Positions 12,499 to 25,220 of a stretch of DNA of 54,418 nt are shown one piece after another (within the stretch, counting starts at the first letter, position 1; every line of letters begins with the position of its first letter). The stretch is from the NCBI RefSeq assembly GCF_004010195.1, contig NC_057718.1, forward strand, positions 4,960,321-5,014,738. Reading direction: 5' to 3'. The translations under genes were made by a program, and so were the position numbers. The notes under the pieces are model-generated. The model had not been told where the DNA came from. It saw nothing but the letters and a program-made list of their open reading frames with translations, and ran no database searches. The DNA comes from Chiloscyllium plagiosum (Eukaryota).

Positions 12499-12837
12499 TG
12501 GTGAAGGTCTCTCTGATCGAGGCTGGAGAGCTGGAATTGCTAAGTGTTTATCCCTCTCCATGCCATTGAACATCAGCTCAATAATCCATGTCACCGTGTG
12601 CCAGTTTTGGTTCTGAGGTGGAGTAGGGGGCCACGGTGACTCTGAGGGAACAGGTTTGACAAGGTGGGGAAGTGCAGGAATGCTCAGTGTGCCTGTTGAA
12701 CAGCTGAGATCAGCAAGGTCCAGGAACCCCCATGTCTAACATCACAGGGGAGGAAGAAAATAATCAAGCTGAGGCCAGGCAGTCATCAGCTAGGCAGGCA
12801 GATCGACAGGACAGGACATGGTGAAAAGGGAATGGAT

Positions 12838-13144
12838 GGGACAGCACGGTGGCTCAGTGGTTAGCACTGCTGCCTCACAGTGCCAGGGACCTAGGTTCAA
12901 TTCCAATTGTGGATCACTGACTGTGTGGAGTTTGCACAATCTCCCCATGTCTGCGTAGGTTTCCTCTGGGTGCTCCGGTTTCTTCCCACAGTCTGAAGAT
13001 GTGAGGTTTAGGTGGATTGACCATGGGAAATGTAGGGTTACGTGTATAAGATAAAAGGGTGGGACTGGATAGGATGCTGTTCATTGGGTCAGTGTGCACG
13101 CGATGGGCCAAATGGCCTGCTTCCACACAGTAGGGATTTTATGA
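12838..13144 (+). mobile_element. HE1-type SINE
   Basis: A box tggctcagtggtt, B box ggttcaattcc, V-core and HER1-like tail. Confidence 0.92.
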
Positions 13145-13499
13145 AACCAGCTTTTTCCTATTACTTTTCGGAACAACTTTGCTGGAAGTCTGCTGGCCTT
13201 TCAGGGACCAGCTGGGAAATGGGAAGGTTTGCAGGATGGTGTAGGAATGGTTGGCAGAATGGTGTGGGAATTATTGGCAGGGTGATGGGGAAAGATGAGA
13301 CTGGTGTGCCTTTCTATAACTGTACTATTCATTGTAAGCTGCGGTTGAGGGTAGACAACATGGAGTCCCCCACCCCACACCTCTCTGAGGGGCTTGCCTG
13401 ACCCTGTGCTTCCAGGACCACTTATTCAACCTTACTCTGAGGCTGCATTTCCCTCAATGTGTGCTCTTCCTGTGGGGTGCAATCCCAGCAATGACCACC

Positions 13500-14120
13500 A
13501 TTACAACAGGATCTTGACCAGATGGGCCAATGGGCTGAGAAGTGGCAGATGGAGTTTAATTCAGATAAATGCGAGGCGCTGCATTTTAGGAAAGCAAATC
13601 TTAGCATGACTTATACACTTAATTGTAAGGTCCTAGGGAGTGTTGCTGAACAAAGAGACCTTGGAGTGCAGGTTCATAGCTCCTTGAAAGTGGAGTCGCA
13701 GGTAGGTAGGATAGTGAAGAAGGCATTTGGTATGCTTTCNNNNNNNNNNNNNNNNNNNNNNNNNNNNNNNNNNNNNNNNNNNNNNNNNNNNNNNNNNNNN
13801 NNNNNNNNNNNNNNNNNNNNNNNNNNNNNNNNNNNNNNNNNNNNNNNNNNNNNNNNNNNNNNNNNNNNNNNNNNNNNNNNNNNNNNNNNNNNNNNNNNNN
13901 NNNNNNNNNNNNNNNNNNNNNNNNNNNNNNNNNNNNNNNNNNNNNNNNGTACAATTGCAACATTTAAGAGGCATTTGGATGGGTATATGAATAGAAAGGG
14001 TTTGGAGGGATATGGGCCGGGTGCTGGCAGGTGGGACTAGATTGGGTTGGGATATCTGGTCGGCATGGACAGGTTGGACCAAAGGGTCTGTTTCCGTGCT
14101 GTATATCTCTATGACTCTAT
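13500..14120 (+). mobile_element. Young HER1 LINE fragment spanning assembly gap 13740-13948
   Basis: MGQWAEKWQMEFNSDKCEALHF... peptide, nearly identical to 19397-20262. Confidence 0.92.
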
Positions 14121-14640
14121 TAGCACCAGCGCTGCTGAGCCGCTTGCAGGATGGCAGTACAAAAACTGACCCCTCCTGGGCCATCACTGACAGAATGTGA
14201 TCCTGGATTCTGACCCCCTCCCAACCAAAGTAGGATTCTCCCCCAATTCCTGACCCTCCCCATTCCTGTAGCAGGACCCCTGACCCCAAACCCCTCCTCA
14301 GAAAAATTCTGGCACCTGTATAGTCACCACTGTACCTGTAAAAGACACATGTGCTGCAGTGCGGGATGTCTCAGCCTCTGAGACACTCCAGGTTCAAGTC
14401 CACTCCAGGTCTTGATGACCACCAAAGGCGTGTTTGTAACATGGTGAGGATATCTGCTGGTCAGCTGTGCTGAATGAGGAATGGTACCATTCTGAGAAAC
14501 AGCGTAGAGACCTGCTCCAGGATAAACTAGCACATACGTTGTCTGTCTCATGCATCATTAGACATTGGAACAACCTCATGAGCAACCCCATTTAGTGTTT
14601 TGCTACTTTACTTAACCTTCCTTCTCTCCAGAAAAAGATT

Positions 14641-14937
14641 GGGATGGCACAGTGGCTCAGTGGTTAGTACTGCTACCTCACTGTACCAGGGACCCAGGTT
14701 CCCTCAGGTGACTGTCTATGTGGAGTTTGCACATTCTCCCCGTATCTGTGTGGGTTTCCTCTGGATGCTGCAATTTCCTCCCACAGTCCAAAGACATGCA
14801 GGTTAGAGTGGATTGGCCACGACAAAGATGCAGGATTGTGAGGGTAGGATCAGGGTCTGAGTGGGATGCTGTTCAGAGGGATGGTACAGACTGGATGAGC
14901 CAAACAGCCTTGTTCTGCACTGTAGGGAGTCTATGAT
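14641..14937 (+). mobile_element. HE1-type SINE
   Basis: Same A-box, core and tail as the other copies. Confidence 0.88.
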
Positions 14938-15059
14938 AAAGATGGGCCGAATGGACCCTTTTTCTGTTGGCAATTCTACCTGATTGCTTTCGATCCTGTA
15001 ACCATTCTCTGATTCCATTCTATTCACTGGCTTCAGTGAAAAGGAGAAAATAGCCAACA

Positions 15060-15410
15060 ATGTTTACATAAAGCTACACAATCTCAGGGGATCCAATCAC
15101 TCACAGCAAGATCCCCATGGTAAGCAATGTGAAACTCACCCAAGAATCTGTTTCTAAACAATACGGTTAAGGGATAAATATTGACCAGGACATCAGGGAG
15201 AACGCTGGTATTCTCCTTGAAGGATTTCCGTAGATCATTTTTGTCCGGTTAAGCAGGAACATAGTTAAACATATCATCCAGAAAATGGGGGCATTTGTGG
15301 AGTGCAGTACTCTGTCAGTGTGGTACAGGGAGTGTCAGCCTGGGTTACAGGGACAAGTGTCTGGGCTGAAACCCATGATCTTATCTGACATTGATGCGAG
15401 AAGATTGTGG
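15060..15410 (-). mobile_element. Deu-domain SINE (SacSINE1-like), decayed
   Basis: Minus strand caggctgacactccc..gtactgcact..tcctggtcaatatttatccctt..aacagatt resembles the Deu-SINE body. Confidence 0.65.
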
Positions 15411-15477
15411 CTTCATGTTCCACGCCAGAGATGTGAGTGGAGAGGCCTCCCTTTAGGAACTTACCCCACACAAGGGG

Positions 15478-15815
15478 GGAAGTGGTGCTGAGGTTTTGTC
15501 ATGAGACCCAAGCTAACATTCTAAGACATCGGTTCAAATCCCACCACAGCTGATGGTGAAAATTGAACTTTAATGAAACTCCGGAATCTGGGGGAAAACA
15601 AAGCAAACCAAATGGAAATCATGATCAATTCTCATTAAAATAAAAATCCATTGGGTTCACTGATGCCCTTTTGGGAGGAACTCTGTTGCCCTTACCTGGT
15701 CTGGCCTGCATTGATTCCGACCCACATTAACTCTGCAAGCCACAGGGTTCTGGGGACAATTAGGGATGGGCAATAGCTGCTGGCCTAGCCAATGTTTCCC
15801 ATATCCCTTGAAAGA
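15478..15815 (+). mobile_element. tRNA-derived SINE (tentatively Meta-core), 3' tail shared with the LINE family at 44380/53185
   Basis: ggttcaaatccc B box, ggttcactgatgccctt..ccttacctggtctggcct core, caattagggatgggcaata tail. Other copies at ~32060-32360 (+), ~35160-35388 (-) and ~52066-52270 (-). Confidence 0.7.
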
Positions 15816-16099
15816 GTTATTTTTAAAGTTCACATTCATCTTCCCGCATTCTCTAAATTCACACAAACCTCCTTGTCCTGCTGGTGGAACGTGTCTGCCC
15901 CTGTTGGAATCTTTGACCGTCGATGAACCACAGGGGCAGGGGAAGCACACTGAACCTTTCCACCAGCCCCCTTCTCCCTCCCCACCCCACATCACTAGCC
16001 CGACCACCGGTACTGGGGTTTACTTAACCTTCATCAGTTCTTACCTCCCCACCCCCCACCGTCCCCTTGCCCAACAACCCCTCCCCCCTCCATTGATAC

Positions 16100-16460
16100 T
16101 AACCTGACACCGTCAGGAGGATGGTGATGTTTCACGTTGCCATGGGAACTGGCTGCTGACGAGCTTGGCTTGAATCCACGTCAGTAGCCAGCCAGTTATA
16201 GGCAAAGCTTCCTGTGGAAAGGCACATGGAAGTTGGTCTCTCGGTGTGTGTATGTGCGCGTGTGTTTGTGTGTGTCTGCGTGCACGTATGTGTGCGTGTG
16301 TGTGTGTGTGTACCTCTCAACAAAAGCTTCTTATTCCTTTGCCTGAAGGTGATGTCCCGGATGGTGCTATCCAGCTCTCCCCTTTCTATTGATGTTTGAG
16401 GTGATTGATTAACAAAGCCCAAGTTCACCACCTGCAATTCACATTCACATGGTAACCGCT
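16100..16460. promoter_or_regulatory. Candidate RFX/CRE regulatory element around a (TG)n tract
   Basis: X-box gttgccatgggaac at 16136-16149, half-CREs tgacg (16157) and ccacgtca (16176), catggtaac at 16448, TG repeat at 16244-16311. Confidence 0.45.
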
Positions 16461-16499
16461 CAGATTTTGCCTGAGCGTTCGAAATGCCTATTGAAAACT

Positions 16500-17142
16500 C
16501 CTTCGTAGCTGCTGTGCGTCATGTCTCATCTTTCCGAAGGAACATTAAATCAAGGCCCCTTTTACATTTTCGTGCATCCATGAAGGGTAAATGGAGAAAT
16601 TCCCTTGATAAAGTGCAATTAACAAAAGCGCAATTCTCCCTCAGTTCAACCTTGACTAAGATGAGTAACTGGCCATTTATTGTTCTCGTCTATGTGAGCT
16701 TGCTGTGTACGAATTATAGAATCCATACAGTGTGGAAACAGGCCCTTCAGCCCAACAAGTCCACACCAACCCTCCAAAGAGTAACCCACCCAGACCTATT
16801 CCCCCTACCCTATATTTACCCCTGACTAACACACCTAACCTACATATCTCTGAACTCCATGGGCAATTTAGCATTGTCAAAACACCTAACCTGCGCACCT
16901 TTGGACTGTGGGAGGAAACCAGAGCACATCTACACAGACCCAGGGAGAATGTGCAAACTCCATACAGACAGTTGCCTGAGGCTGGAATTAAACCCAGGTC
17001 CCTCGCACTGTGAGGCAGCAGTGTTAACCACTTAGCCTCTGTGCTGCACACCCCGCATTGCCAATGTGACTACACTGCAGCTAATAACGTACTTTGGAGT
17101 TGTCTGGTGATTGGGGAAGGTGCTTTATCAATGCAACTCTTC
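16500..17142 (+). mobile_element. Deu-domain SINE interrupted by HE1 SINE
   Basis: ttaaatcaaggcccc..gtgagcttgctgtgtacgaatt | gtgactacact..ggtgctttatcaatgcaa. Confidence 0.6.
16713..17050 (-). mobile_element. HE1-type SINE
   Basis: Reverse complement of the HE1 head, core and tail. Confidence 0.9.
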
Positions 17143-17505
17143 CTGCTGAGATTGTTGCCGTAGAGTCACAGGGAGATAACCCTGTGCAAAAAGAGGCCTC
17201 TCAGCCCATTATGTCCACTGCAGCAACAAAAGAACAATTTTTTTAAAGGCTGCCTTCCCATTCTAAGCCCCTTGACCAGTCCCTGGTCCATCGCATTGCA
17301 GATTACAAAGCTTCAAGGGCAGACCCAGGTCCCTTTCAAACAAAGGATGGGAATGTGGAAAATAAGCTGCCAAGTGGCCCCAGATTAGTAACTCACCTGG
17401 TATTCCAAAGAAGTCTCGTACCAGAGTCGAAACATTAACTCTGTTGCCCTTTTTACAGATGTGACAGACCTGCTGAGATTTTCCAGCACCTTCTGCCTTT
17501 AGATT

Positions 17506-17837
17506 AGTGGTGTCTCAGTGGTTAGCACTTACTGCCTCACAGCACCAGCCTGGGTTTGATGCCACCCTCGGGTGACTGTCCGTGTGGAATTTGCACATTC
17601 TCCCAGTGTCTGCGTGGGTTTCCTCCGGGTGCTCCGGTTTCCTCGCAAGTCCAAAGATGAACAGGCTAGGGTGGATTGGCCACGCTAAATTACCCATAGT
17701 GTCCGAGGATATGCAGGCTAGGTGGATTAGCCATGGGGAAATGTAGGGATAGGGTGGGTCTGGGTGGAATGTCCTTTGGAGAGACAGTGGATACTTGTTG
17801 GGCCGAATGGCCTCTTTCTGAGCTGTAGAGATTCTAA
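17506..17837 (+). mobile_element. HE1-type SINE
   Basis: Same A-box, core and tail. Confidence 0.9.
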
Positions 17838-19076
17838 CAAGTCACCTAGTTTGCTTCCGAGGCTTATGGACATTTAAGCGTGGACAATCTCACAGCTTCC
17901 CAGAAGCAAGGTTTCAGATAACTCCTGGGAAGCCCTGCTGTCTGGGATTCTGTCCTTTTGCATAGTAAGTCATGAAGGGTTGCTGGAATAACCCCTGTTA
18001 ATGGGCCCACTGTTTGGAAAGAGTGCATTGATTAGTCAGAGTAATCAGTCCTAGTGATTTGTATACACACACAAAGTTGTGTTTCTCTTTATTTCTGGGT
18101 GGGAGAGGGGTTGGGGAATTAGAAATCTGAACAGTGTTAAGTATGCTTGTCACTGAGGTCAAAGTGTGATTATATTTTGTTTGGATCTTGGGTTGTGTGA
18201 GGCTGGTGTGGAATCTTTTCTATCATTCCATCTGGCCGTTACCTCCCTTTTCTCCTCCTTCACGATAGTCCCATCTCCACCATTTCCTCCAATGTTTGTT
18301 CTATCACTCTTTCTCTCTCTCCACAACAGAACCAAACCATGTTACCTCTTCTCAACTGCATCCTTTGATGTTCCCACAATCTTTACTGACCCCTTGATGC
18401 ACTGCATCCTGAATTTGTCCGTTCCCTTCTCTCCATCCCTTGAACTCAGCATCCCCCTCTCTCATTAGCACCATTGCTCCTCATATTCCTGATGTTGCCT
18501 TGGTTTCTAAACTCCATTGCAAGGTCAATGTTCCACTATCTTTTTGATTCTTCACGTTCGACTCTTTTGGCAATTAGCTTAAATCTGTATCTTTTCTTAC
18601 TCACTCTCCTACCAGTGGAACATTTCTCCTTCATTGATTTGTTTAGAAATAATGTGTAGGGGCAATGGGAGAGAGAGGAAGGGGATTGGCAGGAGGTGAT
18701 GATGCTCACTTGAAGTGCCTTTCCAGGAATGATAGACTGAGTGGCCTGTTTATGGACTGGAACCATTCTGTCATTCTGTGAATTACTCCCTCAAAACATC
18801 TTAATAATTTTTAATGCCTCTAATACAATCTCCCTTGAAACTTACCTGTTCGAACTGTCCACAGGTCTCCAATCTCTGATGCCATTCCAATCATTTTGTC
18901 TGCACCCTCTCTTTCTGTGCTTGGGTAGATTTTTATAAAGCATCGTGCCAGATTTGAACATACTGCAGTCCTAACCAGTGATTCAGAAAGGTTCGGCATT
19001 TTGCACCTTCATCTGTTCCTCTTAAAACCAAATTGTTGGAATTTAACCAGTCTAGGTCAAGTCAGGCATCACCACT

Positions 19077-20262
19077 GGTATGGACTTCAGTAAGGCGTTC
19101 GACAAGGTTCCCCATGGGAGACTGATTAGCAAGGTTAGATCTCATGGAATACAGGGAGAACTTGCTATTTGGATACAGAACTGACTCAAAGGTAGAAGAC
19201 AGAGGGTGGTGGTGGAGGGTTGTTTTTCAGACTGGAGGCCTGTGACCAGTGGAGTGCCACAAGGATCGGTGCTGGGTCCTCTACTTTTTGTCATTTACAT
19301 AAATGATTTGGATGCGAGCATAAGAGGTACAGTTAGTAAGTTTGCAGATGACACCAAAATTGGAGGTGCAATGGACAGCAAAGAGGGTTACCTCAGATTA
19401 CAACAGGATCTGGACCAGATGGGCCAATGGGCTGAGAAGTGGCAGATGGAATTTAATTCAGATAAATGCGAGGCACTGCATTTTAGGAAAGCAAATCTTA
19501 GCATGACTTATACACTTAATGGTAAGGTCCTAGAGAGTGTTGCTGAACAAAGAGACCTTGGAATGCAGGTTCATAGCTCCTTGAAAGTGAAGTCGCAGGT
19601 AGATAGGATAGTGAAGAAGGCATTTGGTTTGCTTTCCTTTATTGGTCAGAGTATTGAGTACAGGAGTTGAGAGGTGATGTTGCGGCTATACAGGACATTG
19701 GTTAGGCCACTGTTGGAATATTGCATGCAATTCTGGTCTCCTTCCTATCGGAAAGATGTTGTGAAACTTGCAAGGGTTCAGAAAAGATTTACAAGGATGT
19801 TGCCAAGGTTGGAGGACTTGAGCTACAGGGAGAGGCTGAACAGGCTAGGGCTGTTTTCCCTGGAGCGTCGGAGGCTGAGGGGTGACCTTATAGACGTTTC
19901 CAAACTTATGAGGGGAATGGACAGGGTAAATAGACAAAGTCTTTTCCCTGGGGTCGGGGAGTCCAACACTAGAGGGCACAGGTTTAGGGTGGGAGGGGAA
20001 AGATATGAAAGAGACCTAAGGTGCAACTTTTTCACCCAGAGGGTGGTACGTGTATGGAATGAGCTGCCAGAGGAAGTGGTGGAGGCTGGTACAACATTTA
20101 AGAGGCATTTGGTTGCGTATATGAATAGGAAGAGTTTGGAGGGAGATGGGCCGGGTGCTGGCAGGTGGGACTAGATTGGGTTGGGATATCTGGTTGGCAT
20201 GGACAGGTTGGACCGAAGGATCTGTTTCCATGCTGTACATCCCTCTGACTCTATGACTCTAT
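19077..20262 (+). mobile_element. HER1/CR1 LINE RT + 3' end, 5'-truncated, two premature stops
   Basis: DFSKAFDKVPH, GVPQGSVLGPLLFVIYINDL and FADD motifs. TGA at former Trp codons (~19182, ~19668). (ctatgact)n tail. Confidence 0.97.
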
Positions 20263-20586
20263 GGTTCCAACTGTGTTCAGTTCCAGCAGAGACCTGTTGG
20301 TGGAGCCAAAGTGGTGGTAAATTATTGGCTAATGCTGCTTAGTGAACTGTAGGAGGTCAGAAAGCTCATCATGTTCTACCGTTACAGAAAAAAATGTAAA
20401 GGTCAATGGGGAATGTTCAAAACGCCCTGTTAAAGGTGAAGCCATACCATAATTTGTTTGTGTTCTGAAGGTCTGTCTGCAAAGCTTTTGCCCAAGTTTT
20501 AAGGCTAGAAGATAGAGGAGCGGAATGAGGCCACTCATCCCATCAAATCTGCTCTGCTAGTCAGTCTTGGCTGATATGTTTCTCAA

Positions 20587-20816
20587 GTCGAGAGTGTGGT
20601 GCTGGAAAAGCACAGCAGGTCAGGCAGCATCTGAGGAGCAGGAGAGTCGTTGTTTCGGGCGAAGCCCTTCATGAGACCCCCATTCCTGGTGAAGGGCTTT
20701 TGCCCGAAACGTCGATTTTCCTGCTCCTCGGATGCTGCCTGACCTGCTGTGCTTTTCCAGCACCACACTCTCGACTCTGATCTCCAGCATATGTAGTCCT
20801 CACTTGCTCCTACCTC
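20587..20816. mobile_element. Fold-back PLE element, family A, 13-bp TSD
   Basis: Inverted arms ~95 bp. TSD atatgtttctcaa at 20574-20586 and 20817-20829. Confidence 0.92.
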
Positions 20817-21407
20817 ATATGTTTCTCAAAACTATTGTTCGAGCTTCTCCCCTTAACCCTTGATCCCCTTACCAATCAAGAGCCTATCTATCTCTGTCTT
20901 CAATACACTCAATGCTGTGGCCTCCACAGCCCTCAGTGGTAATGAGTGCCACAGATTCACCAGATACCACTCTGGCTGAAGACATTCCTCCTCATCTCAG
21001 CCCTTCAGCCTCAGGATGTGTCCTCAGGTCCTAGTCTCTCCTACTAGTGGAAACATCTGCATGTCCACTCTACCTAGGTCTCTCAGAATTCGGTAAGTTT
21101 CAGTCAGATTCCCCCTCATCCTTCTAAATCCCGTCAAATACAGACGCAGGGTTCTCAACCACTCCTCATTTCCCCAACTACTTCCCCATTTAGCAAAGTA
21201 GTCTACACGTCTTCTGACCAAAATGTACAACGTCACCCCTTTCCACATTGTATTCCATCTGCCACTTCTTTGCCCACTCTCCCAGCCTGTCCACATTCCT
21301 CTGCAGCCTCCATACTTACACTATCTATCCCTCCACCTATCGTTGTGTCATCTCAACATAGCAACATCGTTCTCAGTTCATTCGTCCAGATAATTAATGA
21401 GGTTGAG

Positions 21408-21959
21408 GGGCAATCTGGTAGAAGGTTATAAGACCGAGAATGGCATGGATAGAGTGGAAGGCATGGGACTTTTTCCCAGAGTGGAGGGGTGAACTATTAG
21501 GGGATACAGGTTCAAGGTGCGAGGGGGCAAGTTCAAAAGGGATGTGCGAGACAGATTATTCACACAAAGGATGGTGAGTGCCTGGAACGTGCTGCCAGAG
21601 GAGGGGGTGGAATGAGACACAATAGCAGCATTCAAGAAGCACCTGGACGAATACATGAGTAGGAAGGGAATAGAGGGATAAGGATTCTGTAAGTGAAGGC
21701 AGTTTTAGTTTGGCAGGACAAAGTGTGTTATAGGGCCAAAGGACATGTTCCTGTGCTGTTTTGTTCTTTGTTCTCTGTCCAGCTTGTTAATGTGTAACAT
21801 GAATAGTTATGACCTCTGTGGAACTCCACTAGTCACCAGCTGCCATCGTGAAAAAGACCCCTTTATCCCTACTCTCTGCCTGGCCCCCAACATCTTGAAT
21901 TGAATTGACTTTGCTTTATTGTCACATGGACTCACATGAGTGCTGTGAAAAGTTTACAA
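21408..21959 (+). repeat. Composite TE segment, copy 1 of a local duplication
   Basis: CR1 3' end (+), CR1 RT piece (-) and ATTCA-tail piece occur with the same junctions at 23856-24467. Confidence 0.9.
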
Positions 21960-22280
21960 GTCGCCACTTATGGCACCATCTTAGGGAGTAAGATACCGAG
22001 GTACAGGATCTTGAGCATAAATTCTTAGGAATAAAATTAGAAAAATGTCCCGCATTATGGATCTTCAAAAAGTACAAAATCATAGTAATACATTAGAAAA
22101 ATAAAGAAAGAAAATGAACAAAGAAATATCTTATTAAGCAGCCTCCTGTGCAGCACCTTGTCAAAGGCTTGTCTAGAAATCCAAACAGATCACCTCCACT
22201 GGCTGTCCTTTGTCTAGCTTTGCCTCCTCAAAGACTTCTAACAGGTTTGTCAGGCATGTCCTTCCCTTGATAAAGCCATG

Positions 22281-22474
22281 GAGAAAGTGAGGGCTGCAGA
22301 TGCTGGAGATTAGAATCAAAAGTCTGGTGCTGGAAAAGCACAGCAGGTCAGGCAGCATCCGACGAGCAGGAGAATCGACGTTTCGGGCAAAAGTCCTTCA
22401 TTCCCTGTCATTCCTGATGAAGAATTCTTGCCCGAAACATCAATTCTCCTGCTCCTCCGATGCTGCCTGACCTG
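22281..22474. mobile_element. Fold-back PLE element, family A, 15-bp TSD
   Basis: TSD cttgat(a/g)aagccatg at 22266-22280 and 22475-22489. Confidence 0.9.
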
Positions 22475-22849
22475 CTTGATGAAGCCATGCTGACTCAGCC
22501 CTGTTTTACCATGCAACTATTCTGCATTCTCATCCTTAGTAATGGATTCTAAAATCTTACCAATGACCGAGGTCAGGCTACCCAGCCTACAGTTTCCTGT
22601 CTCCCTCCGTCTTTAAGGTAGAGACCAGAGTATATTGTCTTTGGGCCAGGGATGCAAGGGACACAAGGTGAGAGTTGGGATGGGGGAAGTGGAGTTATGC
22701 TGTCTATTGCAGATGAAAGAGTTCCATGATTAGGAAAGGAGTGCGGAGGTGGCGGTGGGCTGGGTTGTTGAGCTCAGCAGATCAGACTGATGCCAGTAAC
22801 ATGGGGTTTGACCTGTATGCTGGCTGAGGGAAGACATAACTCGATACGG

Positions 22850-23140
22850 CCATAAGAAATATGAACAGGATTAGGCCACTCAGTCTGTCGTTCAATAGGA
22901 TCACGGCTGATCCAATATTCCTCACGTCCACTTTCCTGCCCTTTCCCTGTAACCCTCAATTCGCAGACTGATCGAGAATCTCTCTATCTCAGCCTTAAAT
23001 ATACACAAGGACTCTGCTCCCACCCCCAGCTCTGTGGTAGGGAGTTCCAAAGACTCTCAACCTTCTGAGAGAAGAAATCCCTGCTCATCTCAGTCTTAGA
23101 TTTGGTGCCCAGTTTTTCTGAGACTATATCCTCTGGAGAC
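22850..23140 (-). mobile_element. CR1 LINE 3' end
   Basis: cataagaaat..aggccactcag..tctatctcagccttaaatata. Confidence 0.75.
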
Positions 23141-23674
23141 AACAGGGCTGCCTATCTGCCTACCTGAACATAGAAGACCACAGCCCCTTGCTGTAGTGTG
23201 ATGAATAATGACTCTGTGTTAATGACAGGAAAGAGCAGGGTGTCTGGGTGTCTTGGGAAAGCAGGACTGAATGGATCTTGTTCCCCGCTTGGCAATCATA
23301 AAGAAAACAGATGTAGTTTTTTATAATTAATGCTTTTCAGGTGTGGGAGTCCAGATTAAACATTGCATTTTCACAGCTGGGATCCCCGTTCCAACTCTAT
23401 AACAGGAGTAAAGGCAGAAGAACCTGCATTTCCATAGCACCTGTCACTCAACGAGCCTTGCAGCCAGTAAAGAACTGCAAAGGAGCCCTGTGGTTCATGA
23501 AGGCAGCTGACCACCACCTTCTCAAAGGCATTAAGGGACGGGCAATCAATGCCAGCCCAGCCAGAGTTACCCATCTACCACGATTAAATAATAGGAAAAG
23601 TTCCTTCAGTCCTGTGGTGAAATGGCACCTGAATGCTATGAACTTGACTCCACAATAGCCTGACAAACAGGCTA

Positions 23675-25220
23675 ATATAGGAAGTGCGGTTAATAGGTTT
23701 GCAGACAACAGCAAAATTGATGGTGTAGTGGACAGTGAAAAGGATTATCTGTGTATCATGGGACCTTAATCAGATGGGCCAATGGGCCAACAAGTGGCAG
23801 ATGGAATTTAATTTAGGTAAAGGTGAGGTAATGCATTTTGATAAGGCAAACCAGGGCAGTCTGGCAGAAGTTTCTAAGACTGAGAATGGCATGGATAGAG
23901 TGGAATGTATGGGGCTTTTTCCCAGGGTGGAGGGGTGAATTATTAGTGGACACAAGTTCAAGGTGCGAGGGGGGAAGTTCAAAAGAAATGTGTGAGGAAC
24001 GTTATTCACACAAAGGGTGGTGAGTGCCTGGGACGCACTGCCAGAGGAGGGGGTGGAGACAGATACAAAAGCAGCATTCAAGAAGCACCTGGATGAATAC
24101 ATGAATAGGGAGGGAATAGAGAGATAAGGATCCTATAAGTAAAGACAGTTTTAGTATGGAAGGGCAAAATGTGTTGCAGGGTTGAAGGGCCTGTTCCTGT
24201 GCTGTTTTTTCTTTGTTCTCTGTCCAGATTGTTAATGTACAATATGAATCGTTTTAGTCCCAACAGTGACCCCTGTGGAACTCCACTAGTCACCAACTGC
24301 CATCCTGTAAAAGACCCTTTTGTCCCTACTCTCTGCCTTTTGCTCGTCATCCAATCCTTTATCCACGCCTGTACCTGGCCCCCAACATCATGGGCTCTTA
24401 TCTTGAATTGAAATAACTTTGCTTTATTGTCACATGGACTCACATGAGTGCAGTGAAAAGTTTACAGTGAAAAGGACTCATACTGTTAATGGGGCCCTGG
24501 GGACTGTTGCTGAACAAAGAGACCTGTCGGTGCAGATACATAGTTTCTTGAAAGTGAAGTCACAGGTAGACATGGTGGTGAAGAAGGCATTTGGTACACT
24601 TGCCTCATTGGTCAGAACAATAAGTATAGGAGCTGGGACATCATATTGTGGCTGTATAGGGCATTGGTGAGGCCACTTTTAGAATACTGCATACAATTCT
24701 GGTCACCCTTATAGAGGAAAGGTGTGGTTAAACCTGAGAGAGTGCAGAAAAGATTTACAAGGATTTTGCCCGTACTGGAAGGTTTCAGTTATAGGGAGAG
24801 GCTGGACAGGCTGGGGCTGTTTTCCCTGGAGCGTCGGAGGCTGAGGGATGACCTTATAGAGGTTTGTAAAATCATGAGGGACATGGATAGGATAAATAGA
24901 CAAGGTCTTTTCCCTGGGGCGGGGGAGTCCAGAACTAGAGGGCATTGGTTTAAGGTGAGAGGGGAAATATTTTAAAATGGCCTGAGGGACAACCTTTTCA
25001 TGCAGAGGGTGGTGTGTGTATGGAATGAGCTGCCAGAGGAAGTGGTGGAGGCTGGTACAATGAAAACATTTAAAAAAACATCTGGATGGGTATATGAATC
25101 GGAAGGGTTTAGAGGGATATGGCCAAATGCTGGCAAATGGGACTAAGTCAGATTGGAATGCCTGGTCAACATGGATGAGTTGGGCTGAAGGGTCTGTTTC
25201 CGTGCTACAGCTCTATAACA
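23675..25220 (+). mobile_element. HER1 LINE interrupted by duplicated segment 23856-24467
   Basis: HFDKANQG|RTHTVNG continuity across the insert; ERVQKRFTRILP..; 3' UTR. Confidence 0.9.

Larger units (their letters stand above)
20507..22612 (-). mobile_element. CR1 LINE (second family) fragmented by four nested insertions
   Basis: Minus-strand pieces in order: SQHGFIKGRTCLTNLLEVFEE, VICLDF, WQLVTSGVPQ, RRMRGNLTETYRIL, 3' UTR. Confidence 0.85.
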
